DNA from: Octopus bimaculoides
Lineage: Eukaryota
DNA length: 61,759 nucleotides
Assembly (NCBI RefSeq): GCF_001194135.2
Contig: NC_068987.1
Location: 97,882,318-97,944,076 of the forward strand
Direction: 5' to 3'
A program made the translations under genes and the position numbers. The notes below the pieces were generated by a model. The model did no database searches, was not told where the DNA came from, and worked only from the letters and a program-made list of their open reading frames with translations. The number at the start of each line of letters is the position of its first letter. Within the stretch, counting starts at the first letter, position 1. Shown here one piece after another: positions 52,491 to 61,759 of the stretch.

Positions 52491-53800
52491 ACATTATTGA
52501 CGTCACACTTGGGAGATTAATTCTAGCAGCTGAACATCACAATTATCATTTGTAGCCTTTAACTGATCCATAAAAACAAATCTAGAATTGAGATGTGTCA
52601 GTCTTGGGGAAAATTAACACATGTCAATATGCATGCAGTACTGTGTTCAAGCCTCCATGTTTTTATCTGTGTACATATACATATATATATACGTGTGTGT
52701 GTGGAGCATATGTATATCTTTATGTTATGCTTATGTATAAATATATAAGTATGTATATATTTATACTTATAAATACGGCTATAAACAGAGATACAGATAT
52801 ACGTATGTCTGTGTATTCGTGTGTGTTGTTTGTGCGTGTATGTGTGTGTAAAATCGCACACATATAAATATGGATTTGTTTATAAAGAATTATTCATATG
52901 GTCATATGTATGCATAATTCTACCACTGTATGTATTCATATCAATTCTGTATACAAACATATTTGCATTTATCTGTACATTTGCACACACATGTACGTAC
53001 ATGCTCACATGTACACACTCAAGCACACACATGCACACACACACACACATGCACATGTACATGCACACTTATAGCCTGAGTGGTTGGCAATGTACAGCAA
53101 CTGCAGAAAACTTGTGCGCAGTTATATTGGAAAATAATTGCTGTCAGAAACATATTGCGATTACATTCGCAGCCTTTGTGCCACTAACAACCAACAAAAT
53201 ATTTGCAGTGTTCTCCAAATAGTTTCATGTTTATAAGGAAAATATAAAATCAATGAGTGTAAGTATGAGGTACAGAGTGAAACACGGAGAACACTTCTTT
53301 ATCCGTATACTTATATCTTATACGAAACTACTATCAGTATATATGTGAAGAATAAGGAGAAATAAAATCAAACGTAGGTTTGCCAAACAAAGGTGCAACA
53401 TAGTTAAACAATGGCACACTTGATGCATAGATTTTCACTCAGTCGGAAACAGTGCAGTGTATGATAAATTTGATCCTTTGAGTTTTGTTTCCTACTGCCC
53501 TCGAGATTTTCATCTACATAATTTCACTAAAGATGTTTAGCTTGTTAAATAAATAAATAAATAAACAAATAAATAAATAACTAAATAAATAAATAAATAA
53601 ATAATGGCATGTATTAGTGATGAGCGTCAATCGCCGACATTGAAATCGGGACCTGAGCTTTTTCATTACTGTTCGTCTACCTATAGTCATATAAATGCAT
53701 ACGTGTGCTCCTATATGCATATATGTATATATGTATATCTATGTATGTATGTACACACACACATACACATAATATACATATTTATATAAATATATGCGTG

Positions 53801-53870
<70 letters not shown>

Positions 53871-54038
53871 CACACATACATGCATACGTACATGCATACT
53901 ACACACATATACATATACGTATATATATATACGTATATATATATACGTATACACATATACATATATACATTTATATTTATATTTATATATGCATGTATAT
54001 ATATATTTTCACATATGTGTATGACTATATGTAAGTAT

Positions 54039-54083
<45 letters not shown>

Positions 54084-54322
54084 AATACATAGATATATAT
54101 ACATATATACATACCTTCTGACATACATGGTTACGCACGCACACATTCACACACATACAGAGCATTTCATTTGGTTGGCATCATTGATGCCTCACTTGGG
54201 AGATTAATAAACATCACAATTATCATTTCAAAACTTTTACTGATCTATAAAAACAAATCCAGAATTGAGATGTGACAGAAGTGTGGAAAATTAACACATT
54301 TCAATATACATGCAGTCTTCTG
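52491..54322. repeat. Local direct duplication of about 145 bp (52491-52643 and 54178-54322)
   Basis: Both contain CACTTGGGAGATTAAT...AACATCACAATTATCATTT...CTGATC.ATAAAAACAAATC.AGAATTGAGATGTG.CAG...GGAAAATTAACACAT.TCAATAT.CATGCAGT. Confidence 0.85.
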
Positions 54323-54345
54323 CTGATGTCTGCATATTTTATTGC

Positions 54346-54416
<71 letters not shown>

Positions 54417-54463
54417 ATGCATGCACGTATATATATTTAGCTGTATATGTATATTTATATATG

Positions 54464-54535
54464 CATTGAGTGGCGCAGTGGAAGCGTGCTGGGCCCATAA
54501 CCCAGAGGTCCGTAGATCGAAACTATGCTCTGCTA
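54464..54535 (+). tRNA. tRNA-iMet: Initiator tRNA-Met (CAT) copy, probably a pseudogene or retrocopy (first 4 acceptor-stem bases altered)
   Basis: GAGTGGCGCAGTGGAAGCGTGCTGGGCCCATAACCCAGAGGTCCGTAGATCGAAACTATGCTCTGCTA matches invertebrate tRNA-iMet (ATCG T-loop, GGG/CCC anticodon stem). The 5' end is CATTGAG rather than AGCAGAG; TTTT follows at 54540-54543. Confidence 0.9.
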
Positions 54536-54543
54536 ATTGTTTT

Positions 54544-54610
54544 CACGGTGGTGCACCAGCATGACCGCAGCCACTTGGCTGAAACACATAAATAAATAAA
54601 TAAATAAATA
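54544..54610 (+). mobile_element. SINE/LINE-type 3' tail attached to the tRNA-iMet copy, ending in (TAAA)n
   Basis: GGTGGTGCACCAGCATGACCGCAGCCACTTGGCTGAAACA aligns with the family A 3' end GGCGGTGCTCCAGCATGGCCGCAGTCAAATGACTGAAACA with 7 mismatches. Confidence 0.8.
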
Positions 54611-55422
54611 TATATGTACTTGTACTCGCACACACGCGAGTACGAGGGCACAGACATTTACACACACACGCATGCACATAAGTATTTACACAGAAAGAAA
54701 GAAGGCACCTGCGTCCTATTTAGTAGGTTTCCGAGACTGGTACCAAGATTTCTCACTCTTCAGTAATCAATTAAGAACATGCTTGACTACGCAGCACGTC
54801 ACCACGGTCCGCATTCACGACTGAGACATGAAAATGGCTACGAATGTTGCTGAAATCATGAGTCATATATTTGGAGTGCTTAGGTAGCTATGTTGTCAAG
54901 AGGTTATACTCACAACGGAGACCTGTTACTGGTCCGATATCCAAGGGCTAAGCTGTTGTGAAACCGATAGACAGATTGATTCTGCCAACCAAAAAACCGG
55001 ATCGATTCATTCGACAGGCTTCCGCACATTTTCCGTCCCACGAAATTCATTTACATGCGAACAATTGTAATTCTAGGGAACTAGTAGATGCGACTGTTGT
55101 TGATATTTAACCCACTGCTCAACTAACGCTGATTAAACAGACATAAGAGCGCGCGCGTGTGTGTTCCATGAAATAACAAAAAGTTATGACAATATAATGT
55201 TTCATATCGTAAGGAAACTTCTATTGTCCATATAACGATTACTTCAGCAAAAACCTTTGAAATAGACTTTGCTATACAACTACCACTTGCCTGAAGTCAT
55301 ACAAGATGGCTTCACATACGGCAGTTTCAGAAATAAATATACGTATATGTGTGTGCGCGCGTATATGTTATGAGGTTATGTATGTGCACACACACATACA
55401 CACACACTCTTACACACATATG

Positions 55423-55460
<38 letters not shown>

Positions 55461-56819
55461 TATCGAATATTATAAGCANNNNNNNNNNNNNNNNNNNNNN
55501 NNNNNNNNNNNNNNNNNNNNNNNNNNNNNNNNNNNNNNNNNNNNNNNNNNNNNNNNNNNNNNNNNNNNNNNNNNNNNNNNNNNNNNNNNNNNNNNNNNNN
55601 NNNNNNNNNNNNNNNNNNNNNNNNNNNNNNNNNNNNNNNNNNNNNNNNNNNNNNNNNNNNNNNNNNNNNNNNNNNNNNNNNNNNNNNNNNNNNNNNNNNN
55701 NNNNNNNNNNNNNNNNNNNNNNNNNNNNNNNNNNNNNNNNNNNNNNNNNNNNNNNNNNNNNNNNNNNNNNNNNNNNNNNNNNNNNNNNNNNNNNNNNNNN
55801 NNNNNNNNNNNNNNNNNNNNNNNNNNNNNNNNNNNNNNNNNNNNNNNNNNNNNNNNNNNNNNNNNNNNNNNNNNNNNNNNNNNNNNNNNNNNNNNNNNNN
55901 NTATATAGTCAGAACACACATATGTATATATATGTATGCATAGATAAATGCGTACATAATACATACATTTTCGTATTATCTCAGTTATATTCCGTTGCGA
56001 CTAAAATGATAGAATATCTTTTCCTTATATCTTATTTCATTCATTCCAATACACAATATTTCTTCTATCGTTTATTTTCATATCGCCTTTCTTCCTGAAC
56101 ACTACACATTCACCTATACTTATTTTCCATGCTAGGATATTTCATGATATACCACCATATTTAACAGGCTCTATAAAGCATATATAATTCGACATTATCG
56201 TTTTCTATATATACCATAACTCATCATCGGTTAAACAATGAATTGCCCCTCTGTGATCAATTATAAACAGTCAGCCAAGACAGCGTACAGCAAGGGAGTA
56301 ATTATTATCTGTAGTTTTTAGCTTTTGCTTTGCATTTAAACTTTCTTTTTCGTAATTACATATATTTCTTTCGTCTTTTTTGGTAATAGTCAAGTTTACA
56401 GTATCCTATTAGTCCGACAAAATATCGACCCTGCTAAGAAGTACATTTTTATATATACGACTTTAAATCTTTGACAACCAAGATGGCTAAAAGCAACAAA
56501 TATTTATATTCTGTAACGTCACATGGAAAATCCATTACGCGATATAGTTAGCTACCACTCATGTATCATCACTGAAGAGATATCCTCAGTTGATATCATG
56601 TTTCTTCAAACAGGTAAATATGAAGTGTGAATAATAAAATTCCCAAGTGTGCGAGAAATGTCTTTCTGAAATTGTTATCTTTTTTCAGTTTCGGAATACG
56701 GAAGTAAACTGAAGACTCAATAAGCTATAATAGGATTCTAGTTGCTATTTAGATTATCTACAACTTAAATAAACAACGTGCAAAAGAGGATGCAATATAC
56801 GTGCCACTCTGTTGACAGT

Positions 56820-57091
56820 TGGTGGAGGTGCAATGCCCCAGTGGTTAGGGCAGCGGACTCGCGGTCATAGGATCGCGGTTTCGATTCCCAGATCGGGCGT
56901 TGTGCGTGTTTATTGAGCGAAAACACCTAAAGCTCCACGAGGCTCCGGCTGGGGATGGTGGCGAACCCTGGTGTACTCTTTCACCACAACTTTCTCTCAC
57001 TCTTACTTCCTGTTTCTGTTGTGCCTGTAATTCAAAGGGTCAGCCTTGTCACACTGTGTCACGCTGAATATCTCCGAGAACTACGTTAATG
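56820..57091 (+). mobile_element. SINE family C (3' end in the gap)
   Basis: Very similar to 50928-51190. Confidence 0.92.
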
Positions 57092-58972
57092 NNNNNNNNN
57101 NNNNNNNNNNNNNNNNNNNNNNNNNNNNNNNNNNNNNNNNNNNNNNNNNNNNNNNNNNNNNNNNNNNNNNNNNNNNNNNNNNNNNNNNNNNNNNNNNNNN
57201 NNNNNNNNNNNNNNNNNNNNNNNNNNNNNNNNNNNNNNNNNNNNNNNNNNNNNNNNNNNNNNNNNNNNNNNNNNNNNNNNNNNNNNNNNNNNNNNNNNNN
57301 NNNNNNNNNNNNNNNNNNNNNNNNNNNNNNNNNNNNNNNNNNNNNNNNNNNNNNNNNNNNNNNNNNNNNNNNNNNNNNNNNNNNNNNNNNNNNNNNNNNN
57401 NNNNNNNNNNNNNNNNNNNNNNNNNNNNNNNNNNNNNNNNNNNNNNNNNNNNNNNNNNNNNNNNNNNNNNNNNNNNNNNNNNNNNNNNNNNNNNNNNNNN
57501 NNNNNNNNNNNNNNNNNNNNNNNNNNNNNNNNNNNNNNNNNNNNNNNNNNNNNNNNNNNNNNNNNNNNNNNNNNNNNNNNNNNNNNNNNNNNNNNNNNNN
57601 NNNNNNNNNNNNNNNNNNNNNNNNNNNNNNNNNNNNNNNNNNNNNNNNNNNNNNNNNNNNNNNNNNNNNNNNNNNNNNNNNNNNNNNNNNNNNNNNNNNN
57701 NNNNNNNNNNNNNNNNNNNNNNNNNNNNNNNNNNNNNNNNNNNNNNNNNNNNNNNNNNNNNNNNNNNNNNNNNNNNNNNNNNNNNNNNNNNNNNNNNNNN
57801 NNNNNNNNNNNNNNNNNNNNNNNNNNNNNNNNNNNNNNNNNNNNNNNNNNNNNNNNNNNNNNNNNNNNNNNNNNNNNNNNNNNNNNNNNNNNNNNNNNNN
57901 NNNNNNNNNNNNNNNNNNNNNNNNNNNNNNNNNNNNNNNNNNNNNNNNNNNNNNNNNNNNNNNNNNNNNNNNNNNNNNNNNNNNNNNNNNNNNNNNNNNA
58001 CACACACACACATGATGCATATTGTGCAGTGTTATTATTTTCCATGTTATAGCACAGTAGTTCAATAATTTTTTATCGAATGCGCTTAGTTCGGTAGTTC
58101 AATTTTCTAAAGGTTTTGAGATAGCAGTGTCATTGGTGGTGGTGATGGGGAGGGGGGGGGGCGATCGTTCTTCCTTTTAAAGATGCTAGTTTAATGCGAT
58201 TTTGTTTCTATTCAATATTGGTATTTATAACAATAAGCAGGTGTAAGCGTTATGTAATAATTAGCCTAATTATAAGCAGACGTAGTCGTGATGGATATAT
58301 TACGCTCATATTCCTCTGTTCCTACCTATCGATTGATCCCCAGGCATTGTTTATGTGTTTACCCTTTTGACACACCTGGATTAAATGTTACTAAGCAGGT
58401 GTGGAAACCATAGTGGTACCCATTTGGCAACTGGTGATGCGAATATATGTTTGATAATATTTTGGTGTTCGAATCTTTTCTATCTTGGATATTCATTATT
58501 CTGATTTGTCCTCGAAAGGCTGAACTTATTAAAAGGGTTCATGTTTTATGGTGATTACCCATGTATGATTTTGCATAATTATCTTCATGGATAATCTTAT
58601 TATGCTTGGATATTAATGGTTCCAAGTTTTGTGTGGTTCTGTGGCATATAATTATACATTACATACAAACACAAATACCTTTGTAAATGTCTCTTAATAT
58701 TTCGCTTTGGCATTGTAATATTAATGACTTGCTGTTAGAAGTCAAGATACATTTTCAGAGAAAAGCATTAGCCTATTATAGAGTGTAATGTGCAATTGAA
58801 CAGATGACAAGGGAAATTATGTAATGAAATTTATTACCTTTCAACTGTTTCTTCTGACAAGATGCACTGCACTCATAGCTGAGTGTTTGTGTATCACCTT
58901 ATAGCTTAGTCGGAGCTTCAAAAATCAATCTGTCTATTCTCCCCCACCCTCTCTCTTTTTTTCTCTCTCTCT

Positions 58973-59023
<51 letters not shown>

Positions 59024-59025
59024 CT

Positions 59026-59340
59026 ACTGGCACTCCTTCGGTTACGACGTCGATGATTCTAGTTGATCCGATCAACAGAATAGCCTGCTACTGAAATTAT
59101 TGTAAAAGTGGCTGAGCACTCCGCTGACATGCATACCCTTAATTCAGTTCTCATGGAGATTTAACATGACACAGAATGTGACAAGGCTGTCCCTTTGAAA
59201 TAAAGGTACTACTCATTTCTGTTAGCTGAGTTCAATAGAGCAACGTGGAATAAAGTGTCTTGCTCAAGAACACAACGCGCCTCCGGGAATTGAACTCACG
59301 CCGTTATCGATCGTGAGCCGAATATCCTTATCACTAGGCC
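59026..59340 (-). mobile_element. SINE with D head and C-type tail
   Basis: Reverse complement: tRNA-like head, CTTGAGCAAGACACTTTATTCCACGTTGCTC, then CAAAGGGACAGCCTTGTCAC...GAGTGCTCAGCCAC...GTTGATCGGATCAACT...GTCGTAACCGAAGGAGTGCC. Confidence 0.85.
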
Positions 59341-59495
59341 ATTTATACGCACACACACACACAAACACACAGCCACACACACACACACACACTCACGAGT
59401 ACAAATGTACGCAGATATGTATATTTCTGTATCTGTATATCTATACATATGTATATATGTACATATATACATTTGCATATATGCATTCATTTCGT

Positions 59496-59813
59496 GAAGG
59501 CGCGTGGTTCAGTGGTTAGGGTATTCGAGTCATTATCGTAAGGTTGTGATTTGGATTCCCAGCTGCGTGGTTGTATCCTTGAGCAAGTCACTTTATTTCA
59601 CGTTGCTCTAGTCCGCTCAGCTGGCAAAAATGAACAGTACCTGAAATTCAAAGGCCCAGCTTTACCACACCCCATATTATGCTGAATCTCCCTGAGAACT
59701 ACGTTAAAAGTGTGCGTGTCTATGGACCATTTGCACGTTAATTTCAGGAGCAGGCTGTTCCGTTGATCGAATCAACTGAAATCCTCGTCGTCGTGACCGA
59801 CGGAATGCCAGTA
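59496..59813 (+). mobile_element. SINE with D head and C-type tail
   Basis: GAAGGCGCGTGGTTCAGTGGTTAGGG...CTTGAGCAAGTCACTTTATTTCACGTTGCTC...GCACGTTAATTTCAGGAGCAGGCTGTTCCGTTGATCG...GTCGTCGTGACCGACGGAATGCC. Confidence 0.85.
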
Positions 59814-59846
59814 ACGCATTCTAATAAAATATGGAAAAAGATAAAT

Positions 59847-60206
59847 GAGTTTGGTAAGAAGCTTGCTTCCCAACTACATGGTTCCGGGTTCAGTTCCACT
59901 GCGTGGAAATTTGGGAAAGCGTCTTCTACTATAGCCTCAGGCGGAGCATAGACATGCAAGTGGATTTTGGTAGACGGAAATATGTATATATTTATGTATG
60001 TGTCTGTGTTTGATCTCCCACTATCGCTTGACAACCGATGTTGGTGTGTTTACTCCCCCGTAACTTAGCGGTTCGGCAAAAAAGAACGATAGAATAAGTA
60101 CTTGGATTACAAAGAATAGGTCATGGTATTGATTTGTTGAACCAAAAGACGGTGCTCCAGCATAGCCGCAGTCAAATGACTGAGAAAAGTAAAAGAATAA
60201 AAGAAT
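59847..60206 (+). mobile_element. SINE family A, full length
   Basis: Head, CORE-like segment, short internal microsatellite, conserved body and (AAAAGAAT)n tail are all present. Confidence 0.9.
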
Positions 60207-60866
60207 TAATGTATTTAGTAATATTTTAGACTGGGAAATATATCTATGTTGTATCTTAATGCAAAAGTCTGAGTCCCACAAAATGCATTTCGTTTCGCAA
60301 GAGAGCTTCTTCTATGGCTCAAAGTCTAATACCACAGAAGAAATTTTTTTCGTTTAGTCGTTAAAGTGAGATTAACAATCAGAGAAGACTATAAAAGCAA
60401 AATGCTGAAATAGTCAATATCACCTCCCGGTTGCCTCTACATAAATGAAGTAGCAAAAGTTAGCTTAAACTGTATCTAGGCTTCTAATTAATTCAAAATA
60501 TGTCGCAAACTGCAAAACTCCTTTAAAACATTCAGATTAATTTTAACTGGTTATCTTAAGTTTACGAATGTTTTGATCAGATATTATACTTTGCTAATTT
60601 GCTAAACCTGAAAAATGTTAAAAGTAATAAAAAAATGAATAAAATTTCGTATAATTGTGAATGTTTCCATAGTGTGTCACTTTGTGGTAAATGGATTTAG
60701 GCTAGCCTTCATACATTTTCAATTATTCAAAAGATATCGATCTGATAATTAAAAAGTTAGCAGATTTGTTAAGAAAAGTTAGTATTAGATTTTTGTAGGA
60801 TTACATAGTTCGCAAGTTTTAGCATCATTACACATTTTGTGCGTCTTTCAAGAATTTACCATTAAT

Positions 60867-61269
60867 CTTTACTCTTTTACTCTTTTACTTGCTTCAGTCA
60901 TTTGACTGCGGCCATGCTGGAGCACCGCCTTTAGTCGAGCAAATCGACTCCAGGACTTATTCTTTATAAGTCTAATACTTATTCTATCGGTTCTTTTGCC
61001 GAACCGCTAAGTTTACTGGGACGTAAACACACCAGGATCGGTTGTCAAGAAATGTTGGGGGGGGGGACAAACACAAACACAAATATATGCACACACACAC
61101 ATATATATACACATATATACGACGGGCTTCTTTCAATTTCCGTCTACCAAATCCACTCATAAGGCTTTGTTCGGCCCGAGGCTATAGGAGAAGACACTTT
61201 CCGAAGGTGCTACGAAGTGGGACTGAACCCGGAACCATGTGGTTAGTAAGCAAGCTACTTACCACACAG
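60867..61269 (-). mobile_element. SINE family A, full length, close to consensus
   Basis: (CTTTTACT)n tail, TTCAGTCATTTGACTGCGGCCATGCTGGAGCACCGCC, body, internal microsatellite and head AGTGGGACTGAACCCGGAACCATGTGGTTAGTAAGCAAGCTACTTACCACACAG. Confidence 0.92.
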
Positions 61270-61722
61270 ATATTACGCCCATTAGATATTGAATGCAGTA
61301 TATTAGTCTTTCGAAACTCCAACGCCGTTGCTGAGGCTGATTTGCTTGCATTTCTTTCTTCTCTGCTTCACTAGCACAAAATATGTGTACAGTGGTCCTC
61401 TTTAAAACTATCCTCCCCTAATATCGACGTAGTATTTTCGCATGTAACTATATTTTATGGATATAACATTTGCTTCATAGAACATTGCTTCGGCATTGCA
61501 TGTTTGATACAAAGAGTGTGTCTGTGGTTATTTCTGCATGAACGAATTACATCTACTCGTTTAGGTGCATAATTTAGTTTCACGTATTAGTTTCGCTGTT
61601 AGCACTAACGTATTTCATTTTTGATGTCTGATGATATGAAATGTAAGATTCAGTTACGTAGTCTGTAAAAAATTATGGGATGGAATATGAAAATTAGGTT
61701 CGTTTGCAAATATATATATATG

Positions 61723-61759
<37 letters not shown>

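Noticed and set aside
58200-58660. Possible Penelope GIY-YIG linker remnant on the minus strand
   Set aside because: Only vague similarity with many disruptions; not supportable by eye.
61628-61650. CTGATGA-TAT-GAAA-TGTA
   Set aside because: No stem I or stem III pairing; expected by chance in AT-rich DNA.

Overview
AT-rich, repeat-dense animal genomic DNA from a gapped short-read assembly, with about 20 N-runs, nearly all flanked by (AT)n, (CA)n or (GA)n. The SINE repertoire suggests an octopus genome; this is my inference from family recognition, not a database search. No complete protein-coding gene can be supported, and almost all of the supplied ORFs are microsatellite or N-gap translations. 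The recognisable content is: about 25 tRNA-derived SINE copies from at least four families that share modules; a frameshifted DD34D mariner transposase and ends of a second mariner; Tigger-like and foldback MITEs; a Chapaev-like fragment; decayed LINEs (CR1/L2, RTE, and an R4/Dong-type element with RT, zinc-finger and endonuclease remnants); and Penelope-type terminal repeats. Best leads: (1) a fully foldable type-I hammerhead ribozyme motif inside a 95-bp-arm inverted repeat at 48976-49257; (2) an almost intact initiator tRNA-Met fused to a SINE-type 3' stem-loop with a compensatory base-pair change and a (TAAA)n tail at 54464-54610; (3) a second, minimal hammerhead-like motif at 11946-11982; (4) head/tail module shuffling and inverted pairs among SINEs. 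All alignments, folds and translations were done by eye; repeat boundaries are approximate unless exact bases are quoted.
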